DNA of 31,201 nucleotides from Allobaculum fili (GTDB lineage Bacteria; Bacillota_I; Bacilli_A; Erysipelotrichales; Erysipelotrichaceae): NCBI RefSeq assembly GCF_020969955.1, contig NZ_JAHDSX010000028.1, positions 1 to 31,201 of the forward strand, read 5' to 3'. Shown piece by piece: positions 8,899 to 18,600 of this stretch (position 1 is its first letter; each line of letters starts with the position of its first letter). The notes under the pieces were generated by a model. It saw only the letters and a program-made list of their open reading frames with translations, ran no database searches and was not told where the DNA came from. The position numbers and the translations under genes were made by a program.

Positions 8899-9849
8899 AT
8901 GAAAAATAAACCGCAAGGCAGGAAGAGTTCTCTTTCTGCCTTCTTCGTATCGCTGCTGTACGGACTTTTTGCTGGATCGCTCTTTCTTTTCCTGATCGTT
9001 TTTGCCGGCGATTTTGAGATCATCTGGAAACAGGCCATATCCTCTCCGGCACTGATCGTTCCCTCGCTGACCGTGGGGGGCACGGTTTTTCTCTTTTTCC
9101 TGTTTCGAAAGCGTAAAATTCTGTCTTTTCTCATTTCGGCAGCGGGCGTGGCGGCGTTTTGCGGCTATTTCGTCTATCTGCTTCATACGCCGGTTCCGTT
9201 TATTCAGCTGATTACCGTGCGCGACTCGGCTGTCCAGCAGACGCTGCAGCAGTCCTCATCCCTCTTTGAAAACTGCGTGCAGGAAGGCAATGAACATCCG
9301 GCGGTCTATTTTGAAGTGAGCGATCAGGCATCTATGCCGGGCGACGCGGAAAAGAAGGCGATCGTGCAGATGATTCACGAACTGCCCTCCGCTCTGAAAA
9401 AGCAGGCGGCTGGAATTTATTTTCTGAGCGAAAACTCGTTCAACCAGGCGATCGAGCAGGAGACGAATATTGATGCAGCCGGTTTTTCACGTGCGTCCAA
9501 CTTCACCGCCGCCATCAAGGTGCCGGATCTGAACCGGTCGGAATACCTTACGTATTTTCGAAACGGAAGAACATGCAGTCTTTCCAGTCCGGAAAGCTTT
9601 AAGGAGACGATCGTTCACGAACTGGTCCATTTGGCGGATGTACGAACGCACGGATCGACGCTGCGCATATCCTCTTTGCCGCGCTGGAAAGAAATTTATG
9701 AGACGCAAAAAGATCTCTTCGGTGAATATGGAGCGACGAACCGCAGCGAATTTTTCGCGGAAGCCGGCGTCTACTATTTCCTGTATCCGGATTTATTAAA
9801 AGAAATGAGTCCGGCCGTATATGACTTTTTCTTCGAATATCTCGGATAG
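8899..9849 (+). CDS. Membrane-anchored ATLF-like (anthrax lethal factor / peptidase M34-like) zinc metalloprotease
   Basis: 316-aa ORF. After a KNKPQGRK N-terminus come three predicted TM helices (about aa 13-38, 51-69 and 74-96, with an RKRK loop), which places the C-terminal domain outside the cell. HELVH zinc motif (TIVHELVHLADV). About 40 aa downstream is EYGATNRSEFFAEAGVYYF, which parallels the lethal factor HEFGHAVD...YGRTNEAEFFAEAF third-ligand region. No clear SD sequence. Confidence 0.65.
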   Translation: MKNKPQGRKSSLSAFFVSLLYGLFAGSLFLFLIVFAGDFEIIWKQAISSPALIVPSLTVGGTVFLFFLFRKRKILSFLISAAGVAAFCGYFVYLLHTPVPFIQLITVRDSAVQQTLQQSSSLFENCVQEGNEHPAVYFEVSDQASMPGDAEKKAIVQMIHELPSALKKQAAGIYFLSENSFNQAIEQETNIDAAGFSRASNFTAAIKVPDLNRSEYLTYFRNGRTCSLSSPESFKETIVHELVHLADVRTHGSTLRISSLPRWKEIYETQKDLFGEYGATNRSEFFAEAGVYYFLYPDLLKEMSPAVYDFFFEYLG

Positions 9850-9932
9850 AAATCTTACTTTCTTCTTCTGCGGGAACGTCTTTCGTGCTCTGCCTGTATA
9901 ATCCACAACTGTACAAATTTCTTTGAATGGTT

Positions 9933-9964
9933 TTCTCTGTTTTCGAACAGAGAAAGCCGTTTTT
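9933..9964 (+). terminator. Rho-independent terminator after the metalloprotease gene
   Basis: Perfect 9-bp stem TTCTCTGTT/AACAGAGAA with loop TTCG, followed by AGCCGTTTTT. Confidence 0.7.
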
Positions 9965-10089
9965 CATTTCTGTGAAATCGTTTTTAGAACGGCTGTCAAA
10001 AGGAAACAGGCAAGAAAGATAAATTTAAAGAAATCAGACAATCGATTGTACATATTGATTGGAGGAAATTTTCACAATGACTGCTTCGG

Positions 10090-10095
10090 TATAAT
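10090..10095 (+). promoter_or_regulatory. Candidate -10 box for giant gene A
   Basis: Consensus TATAAT 37 nt upstream of the ATG. The -35 is weak (ATTTTC/TTTTCA region). A 12-bp palindrome lies about 45 bp upstream. Confidence 0.35.
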
Positions 10096-10131
10096 TCAGA
10101 TAAATTCTGCAAAAGAGAAAGGAAAACAACG

Positions 10132-13100
10132 ATGAACAGAAAAACTGTATTCAAAAAGGTTTCTGTCCTGGCTCTTGCGCTGTCCATGACGATGACAACC
10201 CCTGCCTACACGCTTGTAATGCCGGTCCTTGCCAGTGAAGAAACCACCCTGAAAACAGAAGTACAGATTACCGATCTGACGGTGAAATCCGGTCTGAAAA
10301 AAACGGATCTGTCCTTTACGCTGCCCGAAAACGCCGACAGCGCACTGACGTACAAAGTGTATCGCGGAACCAAAGTCGATGAACTGAGCGAAATCGGAAC
10401 CGCCAGCGTATCGGAAGGAAAGGGCACCTTTACCGATACCGACAGCGTCACAGACAAACTGTATTTTTATCGGATTCAGGCGGGGGATGCCAGTCAGAGC
10501 GTTGCCTCCGAAGTGCAGTACAGCCAGACGGCTGCTGGCATGGATTCAATCGCCAACGCCCCGTTTTATAAAGATACGTCCAAAATCGAGTTCGATAACA
10601 GCACGTTGGTCGAGCTGACCCCCGAAGAAATCAGCACCTTCCGGGATATGGACAAACCGACGATTTTCGTAAAAGCTGCGCCTAAGGAAAACGTGACCCA
10701 TACCCAGATGTTTTTCATGGCCAAGGATACGGCGGGAGCAGGCGGCAATGCAAACCGGATTTACTTTCAGCTCAGTAAAATTGCTGACAATACGTATCAG
10801 CCGCAGTTTGCCTGGAACGGTGTCGCCTATGCGGGAGATGTCTCACGCTTCAAAGGCGGCGAAACGCATATCTGCGCTCTGGGCTATACGTCCGATAACA
10901 AGATTTCTCTAGTCAGTGACGATCCCGCACAGTCGCGGACCCAGTTTACACGCGAGGCGACCGGCTTTAAGGCAATTAACAATCTGGATGAAGCCACGCT
11001 CGGCGGCTGGAAAGTCAGCGGTACACCTGCGACAACAAATTATTTTGAAGGAACGATCGATTACGTAGCCATTACGGATGAGGCGATCAGCGAGCAGGAA
11101 CTGCGTTCTTTTGTAACCTACAAGCCTGAGACCAGAACTTTCTCCATCGCGCTGGATGCAGGAGAGGGAAGTCTTGAGGCCGAGATGCCGTCTGTAACCA
11201 AAGCGGCAAGTGCCGTCGTTCTGACCATTCCCGAAGCCGCGCCAACCAAAGCGGGCAGCACCTTTACCGGATGGACGGCCAACGGAAAATCGTATCAGCC
11301 TGGAGAGCCTGTTATCCTCGATGCCAATGCGCCTGTGCTGTCTTTACAGGCGGCGTATCAGGATGACGGCACGACCGATCCGGAAGAACCCGATCCCGTT
11401 ACGCTTCCAGTTCTTCAGGCTAAAGGCCGTTATCAGGAAACGGTTCTCTCGATCGAGCGTCCGCAAGACGATACGAAAATTTACAGTATTCTTCGTGCCG
11501 AAGAAGAAGGCGGAACGTATGCGCAGGTCGGAACGATCGATGGATCTTCCTATTCGTTTATTGATACCGGTCTGACCAACGAAAAAGCGTACTTTTATAA
11601 ACTCCAGAATGGAAATACGATCTCGAATGCAGCCGTAACGGCCACGCCGGGCAAAACCGCCTTTATCAAAAATGCGGAAGCGCATAAAACGCTGGCCGAA
11701 AACGAACAGAGCTTTGATGGATCCCGTACTGTTTCGATGAGCGATCAGCTCGATGCCGTTAAAGATCTCGAAGACGGATCGATCATTCTCCGCTTCAAAA
11801 TGGACGAAGCTGGAGCGGAACGCTATGCCTTTACCGCCTCCAGCAGCAGGAACCTCATTAACAGCGGTCTTCCCAACGCCAATAACCTGCTTTATATGGG
11901 GCACAACGACAAGGGACAGGCACGGGTGAACATCAATGCCCTGCGCGGAGCAGCCGGAAGCAATCTGAGTGATGGACAGTGGCATACCGCCGTTCTCGCT
12001 TCCGATACCGCAAGCGGATTTGATGCGTATCTGGCTGTCGATGGCAATGAGATCCTCTCTTTTGCGGATACGACCGGTACCAATGCGAAAGCCTTCCTGA
12101 AGGGAATTTCTGAACTCGATCGTCTGGAAATCGGCGGCTATACCGGCGCCAGCGGTGTGGAATCCGGCTTTAAGGGCGACATCGAGTACGTTTCAATTTC
12201 TTCCCAGAAACTGACGAAGGAACAGGCCAAGGCGCTTTCGATGGAATCTTCCGCCAATCTGCGCAGGGACATGTTCTCCAATTCCACCGAAAACACCTGG
12301 CTCTTTGTCGGCGGAGCGGATACGGAAGGCGACTTTGATCAGATCGGCGATATTCGTCCGTACTCCAATCAGTTTGAAGAATTCGTTCGCTGGGACAGAC
12401 GAAGCGATAACGGCTTTGCGACGATGCGTTACGTCACAAACGGTGCAGCCGCCGGAAATGATCTGAAAAAAACGATCGAAAAACTCGACCGACAGCTGCA
12501 GGTCGTTCATCCGCGCGCCGTTGTGTATCTCTCATCCAAAGAAGATCTGGATGCCTATGCGACCGCTTCGGACAAAGCCGCGTGGATTGCCGGCTATAAA
12601 GCCGACCTGAAGACGCTGCTGGACAAAGCGACCGCTTCGGACGGAGTGAATACGTATCTCGTTTTACAGACACCGTATGTTACCGAGGATGCATCCAATC
12701 CCGATGCACAGAAGGTACTTGCCGATGCGATGAAAGACTTCCGCAGTTCGCTTTCCAGCGAACTGGCCGGTCATGTTCTTATCGTCGATCATTCCAGTCA
12801 GCCGCTCGCCAATTCTGCCGATCAGCCGACCGTGAAAAACGGGCTTCTGACCGGACTTGGCCAGTACCGCCTCGCTAAACAGTTCGCACAGACCGTTTAT
12901 GGATCCAGCAATTTCGCCTGGGGCGAAGACTATATTGACTCGCATGTCCTTTCGGATATTCCTGTCTATAAAGCTCTTGCAACGGCTCCGTTTACAGCCG
13001 ATTTCACCGGGGCTGACGGACTGAACGTGACATTAGGTAGCGCTTCGGTATTTGAAGGCAGAAACTATGTTCTCGAAGCACAGGGCGAAGATCTGAAACT

Positions 13101-15357
13101 TACTGTTCCGGTCGAAGCGGGAAAGACAGTCACGCTTCCTGTATCCGAGGGCACCTGGACGCTGACCTGTGTCGAATCGAACAAGAATTCCCGAACACAG
13201 TCGTATTCCATTTCCAAAGGCCAGACTGCGGCTTCGCTTGTCCCCGTTAAAATGGACGAAGCCGACAAAACGGAACTGCAGAAAAAAGTGACGGCCCTGC
13301 TCGAATCGAAGACGCCGCTGACCTGGCTGTTTATCGGCGACTCGATTACCCATGGCGCGCTCCATACCCATGGATACGACTCCATTACCCAGAATTTCCA
13401 GAAGTATCTCGACGATCCAAACGGTCTGAATCGTCCGGATGATCTCGTGATCAACACGGCGGTTTCCGGAGCGAAAGCTGTCGATACGATGACGGAACCG
13501 AACCTTTCGGCACGCATTAAAAACTATACGCCGGATATCGCCATTCTCATGCTGGGCATGAACGACAGCGGCATTTCGAAAGAACAGTACAAAATCAACA
13601 TGCAGGCGAACATTGACGCGGTGAAGGAAAAGAACCCGAACGCGCTGCTCGTGCTGCGCATCTGCAATACCGTTCCCGGACGTGCGTCGGTATCGAATGC
13701 GAACGACAACTATCCGCAGGCGATTCGAGAACTGGCACAGACCAACAACGCGATTGTGGTTGATCACGCGATGACATGGGATACGTACCGTTCGCTGTAT
13801 GGCACAACCGCTTCGGGCGGAGCAGCCAACTTCAACAATAACAATCTCCATCCCAACGGCATCGGTCAGCGCATGATGTTTGTCGATCTCATCCAGGCAC
13901 TCGGCCTGTACGATGAATCCAGCACGATCTGTACACAGCGTTATGATTTTGCGACGGAAACCTCCAGTACAAAACCGAACGTCACCAGTCCGCAGCCGGG
14001 TGTTATTCAAGTCGATCTGACCAGTCTGGCTGCTGCGGATACGATTGGAACGGCAGAAGTCACCGTTACGGTTGACGGAATTGCCTATACCAAAAGGTAT
14101 AACAAACTTTCTTCCGCCAGTACGACGATCGTCTTTGACAATCTGCCCAAGGGAAAGAACGCCGCAGCCGATGTGACCATCTCGAACTCCAGCACGAAAA
14201 CGATCCAGTATGCGCAAAGCGATCCAGTAACGATCACGGATACGCTGGCTCCCTTTACCGCCGTACTTACCGATGCGAAAGGCGGCTATTCCAGCGTCAC
14301 CCTGACCATGGAAATTCCAGCCGGCAAGCAGGTCAGCGTTCTTCGCAGCGAAAGCCGCAGCGGAACGTATACGGAAATTGGTACGGCAAGCGAAAGTGAA
14401 TACGTCGACCATTCCGTCAGCCCGGAAAAGACGTATTTCTATAAACTGAAATGGACCGATACGACCGATCACGAAACGGAAGTCAAGGAAGTACAGACGG
14501 GCATGGATGCGTACAAAGCCAGTGCCGAAGTGTATCGCGGCCTCAAAGGAGAAAGCTTTGACGGTGCCAAAGTCATTGAACTGAATGCACAGGAAGTCAG
14601 TGCCATTAAAAATATGCCAAGCGGCAGCATCTTCTTCCGCATCAAGACATCTCAGCTTGCGGATATGGCGGTCATTTCCGGAAAAGCGGCAGCAGATACG
14701 GCGGTTCTCTATCAGTCCGACCAGTCTTCCAACATTGGCCTGAAAAATCTGAACGGTACGTCCGTCCTTCGTGCCGATCTCTCCCACACACGTGCCGAAA
14801 AAGCAGCAGCCCCGCAGCTGAATGATGACGAATGGCACAATGTCGTCGTGGTGTCCAATCCAGGCACATCGAAAACGTTCTGCGTCTACATCGACGGCAA
14901 GAACATCGGCTTCGAATTTGACGGCGCGAACAACGCCGGCCTTCTCAGCAAGCTGTCGAAAATGGATCAGATCACCATCGGCGGCGTCAAAAACGGAAAT
15001 ACGATTCTTGGCGGCTTCAACGGTTCGATCCGGGATGTAATCTTCTCCAAAGAAGCGTTCAGCCGCGAACAGGGCATGGCCATCACGGCAGAAAAATATG
15101 TCGAAGATACCGAGCCGGAACCGGAACCAGAACTGGATAAGCGTGTTCTGAAAACCACGCTCGACAAAGCACAGGCGCTGAAAGGTACCTTTTCCAATAA
15201 GGATCAGGCGTTTACGCAGGCAGTAACGAGTGCGCAGACCGTTTACGACACCGCTGCAGAGCAGACAGCAATCGATGCCGCGGCCAAAGCCTTAAACGAA
15301 AAACTGCTCGCTCTGCGCCTCGTCCCTTCCAAAGACGCGCTCGCCTCTCTTTCCTAA
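10132..15357 (+). CDS. Giant secreted multidomain protein A: Fn3-like/LamG modules, degenerate SGNH domain, intact SGNH/GDSL esterase domain, FIVAR-like tail
   Basis: 1741-aa uninterrupted ORF with ribosome-binding site GAGAAAGGAAAA and a signal peptide (MNRKTVFKKVSVLALALSM...PVLA/SEE). SGNH blocks are GDSITHG (nt 13336-13356), NTAVSGA, LGMNDS and NNLHPNGIG. There are three LamG_3-like modules (DGQWH.., GFKGDIEYVSISSQKLTKEQAKAL), one Listeria-Bacteroides-type repeat (STFTGWTANGKSYQPGEPV), a PEPEPE linker and a C-terminal FIVAR-like helical domain. Confidence 0.8.
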   Translation: MNRKTVFKKVSVLALALSMTMTTPAYTLVMPVLASEETTLKTEVQITDLTVKSGLKKTDLSFTLPENADSALTYKVYRGTKVDELSEIGTASVSEGKGTFTDTDSVTDKLYFYRIQAGDASQSVASEVQYSQTAAGMDSIANAPFYKDTSKIEFDNSTLVELTPEEISTFRDMDKPTIFVKAAPKENVTHTQMFFMAKDTAGAGGNANRIYFQLSKIADNTYQPQFAWNGVAYAGDVSRFKGGETHICALGYTSDNKISLVSDDPAQSRTQFTREATGFKAINNLDEATLGGWKVSGTPATTNYFEGTIDYVAITDEAISEQELRSFVTYKPETRTFSIALDAGEGSLEAEMPSVTKAASAVVLTIPEAAPTKAGSTFTGWTANGKSYQPGEPVILDANAPVLSLQAAYQDDGTTDPEEPDPVTLPVLQAKGRYQETVLSIERPQDDTKIYSILRAEEEGGTYAQVGTIDGSSYSFIDTGLTNEKAYFYKLQNGNTISNAAVTATPGKTAFIKNAEAHKTLAENEQSFDGSRTVSMSDQLDAVKDLEDGSIILRFKMDEAGAERYAFTASSSRNLINSGLPNANNLLYMGHNDKGQARVNINALRGAAGSNLSDGQWHTAVLASDTASGFDAYLAVDGNEILSFADTTGTNAKAFLKGISELDRLEIGGYTGASGVESGFKGDIEYVSISSQKLTKEQAKALSMESSANLRRDMFSNSTENTWLFVGGADTEGDFDQIGDIRPYSNQFEEFVRWDRRSDNGFATMRYVTNGAAAGNDLKKTIEKLDRQLQVVHPRAVVYLSSKEDLDAYATASDKAAWIAGYKADLKTLLDKATASDGVNTYLVLQTPYVTEDASNPDAQKVLADAMKDFRSSLSSELAGHVLIVDHSSQPLANSADQPTVKNGLLTGLGQYRLAKQFAQTVYGSSNFAWGEDYIDSHVLSDIPVYKALATAPFTADFTGADGLNVTLGSASVFEGRNYVLEAQGEDLKLTVPVEAGKTVTLPVSEGTWTLTCVESNKNSRTQSYSISKGQTAASLVPVKMDEADKTELQKKVTALLESKTPLTWLFIGDSITHGALHTHGYDSITQNFQKYLDDPNGLNRPDDLVINTAVSGAKAVDTMTEPNLSARIKNYTPDIAILMLGMNDSGISKEQYKINMQANIDAVKEKNPNALLVLRICNTVPGRASVSNANDNYPQAIRELAQTNNAIVVDHAMTWDTYRSLYGTTASGGAANFNNNNLHPNGIGQRMMFVDLIQALGLYDESSTICTQRYDFATETSSTKPNVTSPQPGVIQVDLTSLAAADTIGTAEVTVTVDGIAYTKRYNKLSSASTTIVFDNLPKGKNAAADVTISNSSTKTIQYAQSDPVTITDTLAPFTAVLTDAKGGYSSVTLTMEIPAGKQVSVLRSESRSGTYTEIGTASESEYVDHSVSPEKTYFYKLKWTDTTDHETEVKEVQTGMDAYKASAEVYRGLKGESFDGAKVIELNAQEVSAIKNMPSGSIFFRIKTSQLADMAVISGKAAADTAVLYQSDQSSNIGLKNLNGTSVLRADLSHTRAEKAAAPQLNDDEWHNVVVVSNPGTSKTFCVYIDGKNIGFEFDGANNAGLLSKLSKMDQITIGGVKNGNTILGGFNGSIRDVIFSKEAFSREQGMAITAEKYVEDTEPEPEPELDKRVLKTTLDKAQALKGTFSNKDQAFTQAVTSAQTVYDTAAEQTAIDAAAKALNEKLLALRLVPSKDALASLS

Positions 15358-15442
15358 TCGAAGAAAACGCATCAAAGAAACAAAATTCGTTTCGATGCTT
15401 CGAAGCACGTTTCCCCGATTTTTAACGGCACAAATGAACCAC

Positions 15443-15486
15443 AAAACCCCCTCGTGATTGCAGACGAAGGGGTTTTTTCGGTTTTT
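15443..15486 (+). terminator. Rho-independent terminator after giant gene A
   Basis: AAAACCCCCTCG...CGAAGGGGTTTTTT hairpin with one mismatch, followed by CGGTTTTT. Confidence 0.7.
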
Positions 15487-15584
15487 GAATAAGGAGAAAA
15501 CGATGGTTTGAAACGGCAATGATTCGAATAAAAAATCTGTGTGTAACTTTTGAAAACTTTGCGAAAACGGTTTCTTCTCTCTTT

Positions 15585-15590
15585 TATAAT
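15585..15590 (+). promoter_or_regulatory. Candidate -10 box for giant gene B
   Basis: Consensus TATAAT about 70 nt upstream of the ATG. No good -35 was found at 16-18 nt spacing. Confidence 0.3.
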
Positions 15591-15661
15591 CGGTTTATCT
15601 TTGGCGGATTTCCAAAATTGACGCACTGGATCCGCTCTTACGAAAAGAGAAGGAGATTTCT

Positions 15662-18600
15662 ATGAACAGAAAAACAGCTCGAACGAAATTTTCAGTCCTG
15701 GCGCTGGCGCTTTCCATGAGCTGCACAGCCCTCGGATCGTCCATGACTCAGGTTCTTGCGGCCGAAGCGATCCCGTCGGCGGTACATACACAAACAAAAA
15801 CGAATACCCGTCCGGCCGCGCAGGAAACACTTCCGGCAATTGAGGCCAAAGGCGGATATGCCCAGGTACAGATTGCGATCGACCGGGCAGAAGACGATAC
15901 GAATACGTATTCCATTTTGCGTGCGGACAGCGAAAACGGTTCGTATGTTTCCATCGGGGAAACGACAGAATCGATCTGGATCGATACAATGGTTCAGACG
16001 GAAACGACGTATTTTTACAAGCTTCAAAAAGGCAGCAAAATCAGCAGCACGCCCATCGAAGCTTCCACGGGCAAGGAAGCCTATTTGCATCAGAGCGTAC
16101 TGAACAAAGCACTGAACGAAAGCGAATCGGTATTTGACGGTACCAGAGTGGTCGATCTGAGCGATTCGATCGGTTCCATAAAAAATCTGGAAGAAGGATC
16201 CGTTTACATTCGCTTCAAATCGGAAAACGCGACCGATTCGGCGCTGCGCCATCTATTGACGTATCACAATTGTGCCAATCCGGAAGATATGAGCAATACA
16301 AACGCTTCGTATTCAACCGACAAGATTTTCTATCTGGCCCTCGATTATCGAAACGGTACGCATAAACTTCGTGCGGATCTGACCGGAGGAGCCAAAGCGA
16401 CAAACGGAAGCGGCTATGGAGATGGTCAGTGGCACACGCTCGTTCTGACCAGCCGCGCCGACAATCCGACGTTTGGCGTCAGCGTGGATGGGGTGAGCGT
16501 TCTCAGTTATTCCCAGGCAGCGTTCAAAGGGCTTTTTACCCGACTTGTGAATGCGGACCAGCTGCAGATTGGCGGCTACAAACCAGCCGATACGGTCTAT
16601 GAAGGGTTTAAAGGAGAAATTTCTCAGGTTGCAATCTCTTCTGAAGCGCTGACGACGGCCCAGGCCAATGCCCTCACGTCGGCTGAACAGAGCCGGTTTA
16701 AAAAAGACATGTTCTCGCTCGATGAAATCGGCAATACGTGGATGTTTGTCGGAGGAGAGGAAGTTGCTGCCAATTACGAGCATGTACAGGGCCTGCGCAG
16801 TTTTGTGTATCACTTTGAAGAATACGCCCGCTGGGAAAAGCCCAGACAGATGTCCACAGCTATCGAACCTTTAAAAATAGGGCATTCGCACTTTGTCGCC
16901 AATGCGGGTAAAACGGGAAATACGCTTTCGGATACCGTATCTGCACTGCCGGACAGCCAGAATGCTTTCCACGCCAGAACGATCGTTTACACTGCTGGAA
17001 TCGAAGACATTCAGGAGTATGTGGCTGCACCGGATAAAAATGTCTGGAAAAACAGCTATCAAACGGCGCTGACATCGCTGAAAAACGCTATTCCTTCCAA
17101 CGGCTATCTGGTGATTCAGACGCCGCACGCCTGCAAGGATGCCCAGAAAAATGCAGCCGCAAAAGAAATCGCTGATCTGATTCAGACGCATTTTGCAGCG
17201 GATCTGGGTGCCGAACCAAATGCGCAGAACGTGTTTGTGGTCGATCAGTATACGCATTCCAATACCGATACGTTCAAATCGACCTGCCTGAATGCAGACG
17301 ATCAGCTCAATGGCTATGGTCATTTTGAAATCGCCAGAATTCTGGAAAACGTGACAGGACAGTCGACGACCAGCGACTACAATGCCGGAAACCTCGATGA
17401 CTGCATTCCCGTGGATCAGCCCGCCTACCATGATTTAGCCAATGGCAAGGAAGCCCTTCAGGCCTCGTTTGAAAATGCTTCGCTTGAACTAACCCTCGCT
17501 TCGTCCGACGTTCTTGGCGGATCCGACTGGATTTTGCATGCGGAAAATGGGGAAGTAGAGCTGAGTACACCCGTTCAGGCGAACGCATCCGTTTCGCTTC
17601 CTGTAAAGGATGGCTCATGGACGCTGCGCCTGATTTCGGAAGATGGAACGGCGGAGCTGCCTGCTTATTCGATTTCGAAAGGAGAGGCCTCGTTAAAACG
17701 TCAGTCGACGCTGCCCGAAGAAACCGCACTTTCCGATACCCAGAAACGGATTCGGGATTTATTGAAATCGGACAAAAAGCTGAACTGGATTTTCTATGGC
17801 GATTCCATTACTCATGGATGCCGTCATACCCGCGGCTACGATACGATCGTTCAGCTCTTTGATAAATACATGCACGCGCCGGACGGACTGAATCGACCAG
17901 ACGATCTGATTCTCAATACGGCCGTGAGCGGTGCGATTGCCCAGGATACGCTGAGCGATCCCCATAAAAAAGCACGCATCGAATCGTATGTTCCCGATGT
18001 GGCGATCGTCATGCTTGGAATGAACGACTGCGCGGCATCCGGTATTACACCGGACGTGTTCGAAGCGCAGCTTAAGGAAAATCTCGCCACTATCAAAAAG
18101 CAGAATCCGGATGTGGAAATCATTCTCCGGGCCTGTAACGTCACCACAGCTTCCGGGCGCGGCAATCTGAAACAGTATATCGCCAAAGTGCGAAAAGTCG
18201 CCCAGGAAGAAAACTATATTCTTGCCGATCATGCCACAACCTGGGAGGCGGCGATGGCCAGACAGACGAATGCCAATCAGGGCGGAACCGGTAATCTGAA
18301 CAGCGATGGTCTCCACCCCAACGGAATCGGGCATAAAGTCATGTTTGATGATCTGACCCGGGCCATGGGAATTTACGACACGTCCAGTCCAATCTGTCGT
18401 CTGCAGTACAAGATGAACCAGAAAAGTACGCAGTCCGACAGGCAGCCGGACTGCCAGACCGGGATTGGCGAACTGTCTCTGGATCTGACCGCTCTGGTCG
18501 ATCCCGGAAAAACGGCAGGTACAGCGGAAGTTACCGTAACAGCAGCCGGCTTTTCGTGGACGAAAACATATGATATTGCGAGTCCAGACGACAGGACGAC

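Noticed and set aside
13033-14838. 601-aa minus-strand ORF (and the similar antisense ORFs at 11344-11985, 15692-16252 and 18827-19555)
   Set aside because: They lie antisense within the giant exoprotein genes. The plus-strand frames are uninterrupted for 4-5 kb and carry coherent domain motifs.
15710-15724. Possible lipobox (LSMSC) in the signal peptide of giant protein B
   Set aside because: The residues at -3 to -1 (S-M-S) do not fit the L-[AS]-[GA]-C lipobox. Paralog A has no Cys there, and an A-x-A-like signal peptidase I site (VLA/AEA) follows.
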